From assembly GCA_963777505.1 (NCBI GenBank), contig CAVZQN010000004.1:1472001-1536000 (forward strand): a DNA stretch of 64,000 nt, given 5' to 3'. Under the pieces are notes generated by a model. The model searched no databases and was not told the origin of the DNA. It worked only from the letters and a program-made list of their open reading frames with translations. Below, one piece after another: positions 1 to 8,617 of this stretch (positions are counted from its first letter, which is position 1; each line of letters begins with the position of its first letter). This DNA comes from an uncultured bacterium. Lineage in GTDB: Bacteria; Acidobacteriota; HRBIN11; JAKEFK01. The position numbers and the translations under genes are program-made.

Positions 1-825
1 ATCAAAAATATTCTTCATCGATCTATCCCATTTTTTGAATGGATGTCGTACGCGTTTCCCATTTCGGTCTTGATATTTTTGGCAATTTACTTCTGCATGC
101 GAATGTTTTTGGCGCACCCTTGCATGAATGCGCCTATGAGCCACATCGAACTCCCACCCGATGAACCTCATTTACGCAAAGCTCAAAAGAATGTGATGAT
201 TGCTTTTCTGGTTACAGTATTTTTGTGGTTGCTTCCCGGGTTTGTCTTAATTTTTGGCGGAGATTCAAAATGGTGGGAGAATCATCTGCCTGAATCTGTT
301 GCTGCCTTGATTGGCGCAATTTTACTTTTCGTCTTGCCAGTAGATTGGGCGAACCGCAAATTTACGATCACCTGGAAACAAGCGGAAGGGATTAATTGGG
401 GAATTATCCTGCTATTCGGGGGCGGATTAATTCTCGGTAAATTTCTGTTTAAGACAGGCGTTGCTCAATACTTTGGGGATTCGATTGCCGCGGTATATCC
501 GTTTAGATCGGAATTCAGTTTTATACTTTTGTTTACGTTACTTGCGGTGTTTGTTTCAGAATTCACTTCAAATACAGCATCGGCAAATATGATTCTTCCA
601 GTCAGTATTGCTGTGTGTCAATCAGCCGGAATTGATCCTTATAAAACAGCGGTGGCAGCTACACTGGCTTCAAGTCTTGGTTTTATGCTTCCAATTTCAA
701 CTGCGCCGAATGCAATCGTTTTCTCTTCTGGACTCATTCCTATCCGGTCGATGATCCGCTACGGAATTGTTCTGGATATCGTTGGCGCTGTGTTAGTCGC
801 AGTCGGGATGTATCTACTTGCTTAA
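1..825 (+). CDS. DASS/SLC13 family Na+:dicarboxylate/sulfate symporter, 5'-truncated by the window edge
   Basis: Frame is open from base 1. Multi-TM protein with INWGIILLFGGG, SEFTSNTASA and FMLPISTAPNAIVF motifs typical of DASS transporters. Confidence 0.9.
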   Translation: MKNILHRSIPFFEWMSYAFPISVLIFLAIYFCMRMFLAHPCMNAPMSHIELPPDEPHLRKAQKNVMIAFLVTVFLWLLPGFVLIFGGDSKWWENHLPESVAALIGAILLFVLPVDWANRKFTITWKQAEGINWGIILLFGGGLILGKFLFKTGVAQYFGDSIAAVYPFRSEFSFILLFTLLAVFVSEFTSNTASANMILPVSIAVCQSAGIDPYKTAVAATLASSLGFMLPISTAPNAIVFSSGLIPIRSMIRYGIVLDIVGAVLVAVGMYLLA

Positions 826-827
826 GG

Positions 828-853
828 CGGGCGGGTCTAAGACCCGCCCCTAC
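828..853 (-). repeat. GTAG-type REP palindrome (GTAGGGGCGGGTCTTAGACCCGCCCG) between convergent genes
   Basis: 9-bp GC-rich stem with a GTAG foot. Matches the arms at 58462-58533 with one loop mismatch. Confidence 0.85.
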
Positions 854-1448
854 GTTTGATCTTCCGTTTTACCCACCTGAAAAATACAAACAGCGTATAG
901 AAATATGGAAACAGCAGGATTCCTCCCACTACAGCCACACCTGCACCGATCGTAATTTTTCCGCTTGTGCTTTTCAGCCTACGATTCCACGTATCTTCAT
1001 CCATTCGTGGTGCAACATCTGCGAAAACGTTGTGTGCTTTCTGGATCGAAGCACGAAAACCTTTTCTGGGTTGAGGCGCTGGTTTATCAGGGCCATGACA
1101 GGTATTACACAGTAGCACTTTTGCTTTTACCGGATTATGCGGATCATGACAGACAATGCAATAGTAATCGCTTGTGTCTCCTTCAACTCGATAATCTTTA
1201 ACAAACTGCCAATTCTCATAGTTCACTTTGTGTTCGCCTGTATGACAAATCGTGCAGCCATTGAGTGTTCCTGAATGAAACTCGCCATGACATGCGCCAC
1301 ATAAGACGCCGCGCTTGTTGTGTGTTGCATCTAACCATGTCTTAAATTGACTTTCATGACAGGATCCGCAATCTGCCGCAGGCATATCTTGAGAACTGGA
1401 AATGGCAGGTGTCAAAAATAAAATCAGTGTTAGTAGAAAGGCACGCAG
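837..1448 (-). CDS. Pentaheme cytochrome c with C-terminal membrane anchor
   Basis: Five CxxCH motifs (CGSCH, CGACH, CTICH, CIVCH, CNTCH) and a C-terminal TM helix plus basic tail. Extending the ORF from 1415 to the in-frame CTG at 1448 gives a signal peptide (MRAFLLTLILFLTPAISSS); the start is uncertain. Confidence 0.85.
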   Translation of the reverse strand: MRAFLLTLILFLTPAISSSQDMPAADCGSCHESQFKTWLDATHNKRGVLCGACHGEFHSGTLNGCTICHTGEHKVNYENWQFVKDYRVEGDTSDYYCIVCHDPHNPVKAKVLLCNTCHGPDKPAPQPRKGFRASIQKAHNVFADVAPRMDEDTWNRRLKSTSGKITIGAGVAVVGGILLFPYFYTLFVFFRWVKRKIKRRGGS

Positions 1449-1532
1449 TCGAAGCGCGCGAAGCGGGTAAGACAGTGCCGTAACAGTTTAAACGGCATTG
1501 CCTCGCATTCGCTCGGCTGCGTGCCTTACTAC
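1433..1532. repeat. Inverted pair of GTAG-footed REP-like arms (REPIN-like)
   Basis: GTAGAAAGGCACGCAGTCGA on the left versus reverse complement of the right arm GTAGTAAGGCACGCAGCCGA. Confidence 0.7.
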
Positions 1533-1542
1533 AAAGACGCAT

Positions 1543-3000
1543 CTATATTTTTACGGAATGAGGCGAAAGAACTTCATCGCTGAAGTTAGATGGAGGAATG
1601 TAATATTTCGAAAAGGCAGGACTCTTTAAATCAATTCCAATCAAATGTTCTTCAATTTTCCGCAGTGAACCAACTCTATACTGTTCAACTTCATTTATAT
1701 TTTTGACAAGACGCACACGTTCATAATTCCAATTCATCATCTTCAAACAAACGCCGTCTACTGCGACTGGATCAAAGCCGGCGATGATAGCATTACTTTC
1801 AACGGTACTCGGGCTAACCGGTCCACCGCGATCCGTTCCAATTATTGCATCGACAACTACAGCATAACGGCGCTGTGGATCGACATGCATTTTTCCGTTT
1901 TTATCTGTGTAACGGATCAACTTGTTTAGATCACATAACGATCGCCAAAGGATATCGTTTTCATAGCCTATTAACTTGCGGCTGACAAATCCTTTCCCGC
2001 TCCATGAAGCTTTACTGTAGTGTGGAACATCGCGAAGAGGGGATTCACGATACAGCTTGAAGTCTGGATTCTTTTGATACTCCGTCATGACTTCGCCTGA
2101 CATGTAATGACTGGTAGTGCGTAAGTTCAACCCCATTAGATTTTTTAGTGCGGCTGTAATTCCACTCCAACCGTGAGTCTTCAGTTTTGGTACTCCGATA
2201 AAAACATCGGCTTCGAGATAGGATTTTGCGATGGCATAGATTCCAAGTTTGTACTTGCCAGGAGAGTATCCGGCCGCATCATGAGCACTAAAAAATAGAT
2301 CTCGCACAAAACCTGTATGTCCATCATGATCTAGATCGGGGATTCCATATGTATCATGGAACGTTGACGCATCTCCAAGTTCTACCCAATAAAACTGATC
2401 ATCATTTGCATCCTGGAAATGGAATTCTACTCCCGGATGGCGTTTTTGGAATTCCTTGATCATTCCAATTGCATTTACAAACGCAGGACCCCAAAAGTAT
2501 TTTTGGCTTCTATATAAAGTCATCGGGCCTTCAACAATCGTAATTTTGGAAGCTCCCGCTTTTACGGCATATTCGACAACTGGTACCACAACGCTTGGAT
2601 GCGTAACTGGCTTTGGAAACAGATATTGCGTTCCCCAATTTGGTTTGATTACAACTGTATCGCCGGGTCGAATGATTTTGCTGAACGGATTTTCTGGATT
2701 TTCTTTGTTTAGCAACATCATGGCTTTTTCAACCAGCGGATAAACGTTGCTATTTTCGCGGAACCAACCGGTCACTTCCCGCAATCTCGGATATGAATTC
2801 ACATTTGGATCCCATGCGACAGCTACAGGAATTTCAGGGAAAGCAGAAAGTGAGCTGTGAATTTTCTTGACTTCGGAAAGAAGATCAGACGATGAAATGT
2901 TTCGAAACGATTTGCCGCAGGATGCAAGGAACGGAGCGCTGCTAAGGAGTGCAGCTCCGCCCATGAACCGTAAAAATTCTCGACGATCAAATGGATCCAT
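1543..3000 (-). CDS. DUF362-family protein with Tat lipoprotein signal
   Basis: DRREFLR twin-arginine motif followed by LASC lipobox. VVIKPN, VTHP, PKLKTH..GIT.ALKNLMG, DAIIG..GP and DPVAVD motifs of DUF362. Confidence 0.8.
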   Translation of the reverse strand: MDPFDRREFLRFMGGAALLSSAPFLASCGKSFRNISSSDLLSEVKKIHSSLSAFPEIPVAVAWDPNVNSYPRLREVTGWFRENSNVYPLVEKAMMLLNKENPENPFSKIIRPGDTVVIKPNWGTQYLFPKPVTHPSVVVPVVEYAVKAGASKITIVEGPMTLYRSQKYFWGPAFVNAIGMIKEFQKRHPGVEFHFQDANDDQFYWVELGDASTFHDTYGIPDLDHDGHTGFVRDLFFSAHDAAGYSPGKYKLGIYAIAKSYLEADVFIGVPKLKTHGWSGITAALKNLMGLNLRTTSHYMSGEVMTEYQKNPDFKLYRESPLRDVPHYSKASWSGKGFVSRKLIGYENDILWRSLCDLNKLIRYTDKNGKMHVDPQRRYAVVVDAIIGTDRGGPVSPSTVESNAIIAGFDPVAVDGVCLKMMNWNYERVRLVKNINEVEQYRVGSLRKIEEHLIGIDLKSPAFSKYYIPPSNFSDEVLSPHSVKI

Positions 3001-3027
3001 AATTCTATTTTACCGCAGAGTCCGAGA

Positions 3028-4827
3028 TCATTCCCACGAAGTGGGGCGGCCTGCGTTTTCTTTTTGAAGATATTGCATTAATGGTTGAAAATATTCAACC
3101 ATTGCACGTGTGCTCAGTTCTTCTCCAGTTTTTTCTTTAATGACTTCCCGCCAGTCACGAGTGGCTCCCTGTTTCAAAATATCCCACAAAAATGTTCCAA
3201 CTTCTTTATTTCCATAATAGTTACACGAATGTGGATCCTGTTTCAGGATTTTTCTTGCAATGTAATCATGGAGTTGATATTGGACCACAAATGAGAGTGC
3301 ATAGTCATAATACTGTGCCGCGTCGTTATTAATATGTGTTTTTGTGGCCGGGTCGCAATATTTTTCATCTCGCGGAGACGGTGGTTCCACGCCTTGAAAT
3401 TTTGCGGCATATTCCCACCACCGCTTATTGTATTGATCTACCGGGAGGTTTTTTTCATAAAAATCGTGCTCCCAGTGGGTCATCGTACCGGCTGAAAATG
3501 ACTGAAATATGACTGCATTATCCAATGCTTCGTTCAACAGCCATTGAGTTTGATCTATTTTCGTATCTTGCGGCATTAATTTGATTTCCTTCAAATAAGG
3601 AATCTGGCGCGAGGCGCCGGCAATCAGGTAACCGATCCCTTCATGAAATGCGCGATTTGCGCCGCCGCGAAGAACAATCGGGACTTCAGGATTCGTATAA
3701 GCAAGATAATAATAAATATGTCCAAGCTCGTGATGAGTCGTCTCAAACCATCTGAAATTAGGCTTCACACTCATTAATGAGCGAACATCATTTTCTAAAT
3801 CGACATGCCATGCGCTTGCGTGTGTGTTCTTTTTTCGCGGCGAATCAGGGGGTAGTTCGTATAAATCAGATTTGGTCCAGAATGTTTCCGGCATTGCGGG
3901 CATGCCCAACGATATGTAGAACTTCTCCGCTTGCTTAATAATCCATTCAGAAGATTTATCCTTAACAAGGGGATCCAGGTTCACACCTTCTGCCAGGCCG
4001 GGCCATCCTTGACTCCAACGATTTCCGAGCCAATGTGCCGGAATCATTTTCGGTACAGGCTTTTTATATCGAGCGGCAAGTTTGTATTTTGCCCACGTAT
4101 GAAGTTGTTGGTATAACGGTCTCAGATCTGAAAGTATTTTTCCATTCAAATCCATCATTTCTTTTACAGTCATGCCGTAATCAGAAACTTCAAGTGCGAA
4201 GTATGAACTGAATCCTGTAGCTTGCGCAATTTTATTTCGCTGTTGCTGCAATTCAATCAAGCCGGGTTTGAGATCAATCCCAATCTCCTTCGAAACTTCC
4301 CATGACTTTTTCCGCTCATTCAAATCGGTTGAAGTAACCAGCACTTCATCGATCATGTTTGGCGTAACAGGCTTCAGACATTCACTATCCTTGTGCTCGA
4401 AACAGAATTGATATCCATCCATAGAAGCATCTTGATTTGCTTCAGTTTCAACTCTCTTTTTAACGAGGTCCGGCACGGTTCCAGGCGAATGGGCAGCGAT
4501 GTACAGGATCTTATTTAGCTGGCGGATTGTAATTGGATTCAACTGATCTTTGTGCTTCAGTAACTCTTGAGATTGTTCGATAATATAAGGGTCACCACTA
4601 AAAACTGAAAATGCCTTACCCGCTCCGATGCGCTCTCCTGTGTTTTCATTTTTCACATCAGTAACTGCTTTCCACTCAGCCTCGCCAGCAACAGTATAGA
4701 GGCGCTGATACATAGGATTGAAGAATTTTAAGAAAGCCTCGGCGCGTTTTTGAATCGTTTGATCTTGTGTCTGCCCAATTGAATAGAAAATGATCGCAAG
4801 CAGAGTAAGCGTATAGAGTTTCTTCAT
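3028..4827 (-). CDS. Secreted M2-family zinc peptidyl-dipeptidase (ACE-like)
   Basis: Signal peptide; HASAW, HHELGH (HExxH), GANRAFHEGIG and YQLHDYI motifs. Confidence 0.92.
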   Translation of the reverse strand: MKKLYTLTLLAIIFYSIGQTQDQTIQKRAEAFLKFFNPMYQRLYTVAGEAEWKAVTDVKNENTGERIGAGKAFSVFSGDPYIIEQSQELLKHKDQLNPITIRQLNKILYIAAHSPGTVPDLVKKRVETEANQDASMDGYQFCFEHKDSECLKPVTPNMIDEVLVTSTDLNERKKSWEVSKEIGIDLKPGLIELQQQRNKIAQATGFSSYFALEVSDYGMTVKEMMDLNGKILSDLRPLYQQLHTWAKYKLAARYKKPVPKMIPAHWLGNRWSQGWPGLAEGVNLDPLVKDKSSEWIIKQAEKFYISLGMPAMPETFWTKSDLYELPPDSPRKKNTHASAWHVDLENDVRSLMSVKPNFRWFETTHHELGHIYYYLAYTNPEVPIVLRGGANRAFHEGIGYLIAGASRQIPYLKEIKLMPQDTKIDQTQWLLNEALDNAVIFQSFSAGTMTHWEHDFYEKNLPVDQYNKRWWEYAAKFQGVEPPSPRDEKYCDPATKTHINNDAAQYYDYALSFVVQYQLHDYIARKILKQDPHSCNYYGNKEVGTFLWDILKQGATRDWREVIKEKTGEELSTRAMVEYFQPLMQYLQKENAGRPTSWE

Positions 4828-4837
4828 TTCTGTGTCG

Positions 4838-4920
4838 TAATCCTGATCTTGCTCGTGATCATGATCGAGTTTTAGCGTTTAGCTCGATCACGATTACGAT
4901 CATGAGCAAGATTAAGATTA
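4838..4920. repeat. Inverted repeat built from degenerate hexamer units (GATTAC/GAGCAA-like)
   Basis: Left arm 4838-4869 TAATCCTGATCTTGCTCGTGATCATGATCGAG pairs with right arm 4883-4920; the arms differ by one hexamer unit. Confidence 0.8.
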
Positions 4921-4921
4921 A

Positions 4922-7900
4922 CTAATTTATGACAATGCTATTGAAAAGCCCAGTTGAGCCTTTAACTCGAAAGCCGAAGGTTCCTGAAGGCACTCCTACC
5001 GCTGACATTGTAATTACCGAGACATTGTCGATAAATACTTCAAAAGTCGTTCCATTAAAGGTGATACGGGCTGTGTAATTCGTTCCTGGAATGATTGTGC
5101 TATTTGCCTTGCTCTTTGCAACTACAGTTTTATTGACACGCTGGCGTAGAGTCCACGAATCTTTATCTTCTCGCATCATCAATTCTACAAAGGTTCCGTT
5201 ATCAACGTGCCAGCCAAGAATATAAACACGACTTCCTGCTCCGCCAGCGCTTTGAAGAACGACTTCTACGGTGCAGGTACTGCAGCCAGAAGCAAATATA
5301 GGAGTGGCTAAAATTTCTGCTTTTTTGTTGCCTGGTGTTCCGCTCATAGCTCCGGCAGTCTCAACCCATGCAGGTTTCATGATGGTCCAATCTGCAGGGA
5401 AGACGCCATCATTGAAATCGTCACACAAAAGGCATGCACTTGGGTCCTGAACTTGTGTCGTTTCAGAATCTGAATTGTTACCCGGAATTGGATCCGTTTC
5501 GTTTGCGGTTACGCTCGCACTATTACTAATGCTGCCTGCAGCCGTTGTGGTTACCACGATTTGTACACTTGTATTTGCACTCGCACCTAAATTGCCGATT
5601 GTGCATGTCACAATGCCACTTGTGTGTGAACATCCAGGGCTAGCAGATACAAAAGTCACGGATACAGGCAAAGTATCGGTGACTGTAACTCCGGTCGCAT
5701 CTTCAGGGCCATTGTTTGTGACCTGTAGTGTGTACGTGACGTTATTTCCAATTTCTACTGGATCCGCGCTATCCGACTTGACCAGTGAAAGATTGCTTCC
5801 CGTTAATGGTGAGACGACTGTCGATTCAATATCTGTATTGTTATTGGAGTTGAGATCATTTTGATTTGCACTTGCAGTGATGTAATTTGTGATGTTTCCG
5901 GCTGTGGTTGGCATGACAACAATTGTGAATTGAACGTTTGCTCCATTGTTCATGTTATTTAAATTGCACGTAACAATCCCACTGTTGTGGGTACAGCCTG
6001 GATGCGAAGCAGAGATAAATGTCGCTCCCGCAGGTAGTTCATCGATAACTCTGACACCGGATGCCTGGTTGGGGCCCATGTTTGTGACGTTAACGGTGTA
6101 TGTTAACGAAGTGTTCTGCAAAACAGGATCAGGGCTGTCCGTGACAGTCAGTGCAAGATCTGAATTCGTGGCTGTAAACCGATAAACGGCTCCATTGTGA
6201 TTGAGTATATAGAGTTCACCATTTTCATCTTCACCGAAACCAGAGATCAAAAATGTCGTTCCGATCGATGAACCTTTAGTCCAGTCTCCGTTCGATGATT
6301 GCGTCCCTCCCCAAACGGTTCCGACACAATAGTCACCGAACCAATAACGGCCATAAATTTGTGGAACATTATTTCCACGGTATCGGTATCCACCACTAAC
6401 TGAACATCCGGTACCATGATCGTAATCCATAATTGGAAGTTTTCTGTTGGCAGTCTGGCAGCCTGGATTCGGTTCATGGCAAAATCTTCCTTCCATATCA
6501 TCCCAACCCCAATTGATACCACCAGGAGTTCCCGCTGCTTGAAGATCAATTTCTTCCCATTGATTCTGTCCAACATCACCAATAAACATGTCACCGGTGA
6601 CACGATCAAAACTATAACGCCAGGGATTTCGCATGCCGTACGCCCAAATTTCATCTCTCCCAGGAATTGAACCAGCGAACGGATTGTCAGGTGGAATTGT
6701 GTATGTGCCTGTACCATTGCCTACATCGATACGAAGTATCTTGCCAAGCAATTCATTAATATCCTGACCATTTTCACCAGGATCTCCAGCGCCACCGCCA
6801 TCACCCGTTCCAATATATAAATTATCATCCGGACCGAATTGAAGTTGTCCTCCGTTATGATTGAGTTGGTTCGGATGGGGAATGGTGAGAATCGGTAATC
6901 CAGAATTTGGATTGCCCTGGTTCGCATTCAATCTTGAGTATCGTGAGACTACGTTGTCGCCATTATTATTTGTGTAATAAACATAAAAAAATCCATTGTT
7001 CACATAATTCGGATGGAAAGCGACACTTAATAATCCTTCTTCATTTCCAGAATCGCGAACAACATCTTGAATGTCCATGAATTCCGAAAGTGTTGTTCCG
7101 TTCCAAACACTAATAACACCTGGTTGTTCTGTGATAAAAAGACGACCGGAGCCGTCACCTGCATGAGTGAGTGCAACTGGCTTGGTCAAATTTGAAGTTA
7201 TGATTGATTGGAAGCTCAGCGTAAATGGTCCGATCGGAGCTTTATCAGGTGACCAAATCGGACCTGCAGGATTCCCTCCAAAATTGCGTATTCCATCGCT
7301 ATTTCCGGGACTAGCATCCATGATTGTGTTTCCACTTCCTTCATCAAAATGGTAGACCGCTGCTGTATTTGCATCAGAATTCGGAAACGTCGCAGAGGGA
7401 CGAGTAAAATTTGCCGTATAACGGAGGTTCGTAGAAAGTCTAACTTCATCGATCCATCCGTTGTATGAAGGGAATTGCGGACCTGCATCATGTTTTTCAG
7501 CGCCAATTACAAGGAATGGATCGTTTGGAAATGTAGTCGGACGATTGTTTTGATAACTGATGTCGCCAATCGGTCCAGTTGCAAGATGAGCATCCAGAAC
7601 TCCATCAACATAAAGTTGGAGTCTGCCATCGGAAAAACGCCGGGTCACAGCAATATGATGCCATTGGCTATCGGCAACATTTGTGCCTCCGCAGATTCCA
7701 TGTCCGGCTCCGGCTGATTCACTAAAAATCCCAAACGCAATCCCATCACTAAAGAGAGAAATTCCGTAATCGCCATTTTCTCCAGGTCCGAAAATATCTC
7801 GATCAAAAATAATGTTGCCGTTAATCCACCCATCATTTCCACCGATGCAATTACCGGCTCCGTTATCACCGGGGTTCGCTTTCATCCAAAATTCGATTGT

Positions 7901-8089
7901 GAAATCACCGGAACCAATGTCTGCTGGAACCGCAGGATTGTCGATCCGGATTTTTACTCGATCAATGTCATTGGTTCCATTTCCAAAGAAGCGCAATGAA
8001 TAACCCGCACTCCATAGCGGCCCGCCATAAAGTAAGAATGCAGCTATAGCGAACAAACTAAAGTAACTTTTGATTTTGGGTTGCTTCAC
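4922..8089 (-). CDS. Secreted multidomain protein: LamG-like domain, PQQ-dependent glucose/sorbosone dehydrogenase propeller, 2x DUF11, C-terminal beta-sandwich
   Basis: FTIEFW/WHHIAV/IDEVRL (LamG); NHNGG.L.FGPD..LYIG.GDGG and YGMRNPWR (GSDH); two DSPDPV...TYT..VTN.GP..A.GV.V.D.LP repeats (DUF11). Confidence 0.88.
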   Translation of the reverse strand: MKQPKIKSYFSLFAIAAFLLYGGPLWSAGYSLRFFGNGTNDIDRVKIRIDNPAVPADIGSGDFTIEFWMKANPGDNGAGNCIGGNDGWINGNIIFDRDIFGPGENGDYGISLFSDGIAFGIFSESAGAGHGICGGTNVADSQWHHIAVTRRFSDGRLQLYVDGVLDAHLATGPIGDISYQNNRPTTFPNDPFLVIGAEKHDAGPQFPSYNGWIDEVRLSTNLRYTANFTRPSATFPNSDANTAAVYHFDEGSGNTIMDASPGNSDGIRNFGGNPAGPIWSPDKAPIGPFTLSFQSIITSNLTKPVALTHAGDGSGRLFITEQPGVISVWNGTTLSEFMDIQDVVRDSGNEEGLLSVAFHPNYVNNGFFYVYYTNNNGDNVVSRYSRLNANQGNPNSGLPILTIPHPNQLNHNGGQLQFGPDDNLYIGTGDGGGAGDPGENGQDINELLGKILRIDVGNGTGTYTIPPDNPFAGSIPGRDEIWAYGMRNPWRYSFDRVTGDMFIGDVGQNQWEEIDLQAAGTPGGINWGWDDMEGRFCHEPNPGCQTANRKLPIMDYDHGTGCSVSGGYRYRGNNVPQIYGRYWFGDYCVGTVWGGTQSSNGDWTKGSSIGTTFLISGFGEDENGELYILNHNGAVYRFTATNSDLALTVTDSPDPVLQNTSLTYTVNVTNMGPNQASGVRVIDELPAGATFISASHPGCTHNSGIVTCNLNNMNNGANVQFTIVVMPTTAGNITNYITASANQNDLNSNNNTDIESTVVSPLTGSNLSLVKSDSADPVEIGNNVTYTLQVTNNGPEDATGVTVTDTLPVSVTFVSASPGCSHTSGIVTCTIGNLGASANTSVQIVVTTTAAGSISNSASVTANETDPIPGNNSDSETTQVQDPSACLLCDDFNDGVFPADWTIMKPAWVETAGAMSGTPGNKKAEILATPIFASGCSTCTVEVVLQSAGGAGSRVYILGWHVDNGTFVELMMREDKDSWTLRQRVNKTVVAKSKANSTIIPGTNYTARITFNGTTFEVFIDNVSVITMSAVGVPSGTFGFRVKGSTGLFNSIVIN

Positions 8090-8137
8090 TTGGAATGGAC
8101 CTCCGATAATAGTGGGGGCTCTGGCGTTCAGAGTGTA

Positions 8138-8512
8138 TCAAAGGACAGCGATTGCGTCTATTTCCAAACGTGCTCCCTTCGGAAGGCGTGCTGCTTCAAC
8201 GGTTGATCTCGCAGGATAAGGTTCTTTAAAATATTCAGCATAAACCTGGTTCACTGCTTCAAAGTCGCCTAGGTCGGCTAGAAAAATTGTAGTTTTTACA
8301 ACGTGATCGAAAGTAACGCCAGCTTTTTCAAGAACATGTTTCAGATTGCTCATGACCTGGCGGGTTTGAGTCGCAATATCACCTTCATTCATTTTGCCTT
8401 CTGGTGACAGTGGAATTTGTCCGGCAAGAAATAAAAAGCCTCCAGCCTGTGTAACTTGAGAATAAGGACCTACAGGTTTTGGCGCTTGATCTGTCATATA
8501 TGCCTTCTTCAT
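8138..8512 (-). CDS. ridA: RidA/YjgF reactive intermediate deaminase
   Basis: GPYSQ, FLAGQIP, VNQVYAEYF, PARSTVE..LPKG..EID motifs. Confidence 0.92.
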   Translation of the reverse strand: MKKAYMTDQAPKPVGPYSQVTQAGGFLFLAGQIPLSPEGKMNEGDIATQTRQVMSNLKHVLEKAGVTFDHVVKTTIFLADLGDFEAVNQVYAEYFKEPYPARSTVEAARLPKGARLEIDAIAVL

Positions 8513-8548
8513 GATTCCTCCTAGTTGAATGCTATTTAATCATCTTTT

Positions 8549-8608
8549 TTAACGCAGAGAACGCCGAGTCAATGTTTAAAAATTTTTTCTCGGCGTACTC
8601 GGCGTTAA
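8549..8608. repeat. Inverted repeat of the ACGCAGAG/ACGCCGAG family
   Basis: TTAACGCAGAGAACGCCGAG versus reverse complement of the right arm TTAACGCCGAGTACGCCGAG (18/20). Confidence 0.8.
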
Positions 8609-8617
8609 TAGAGCCCA

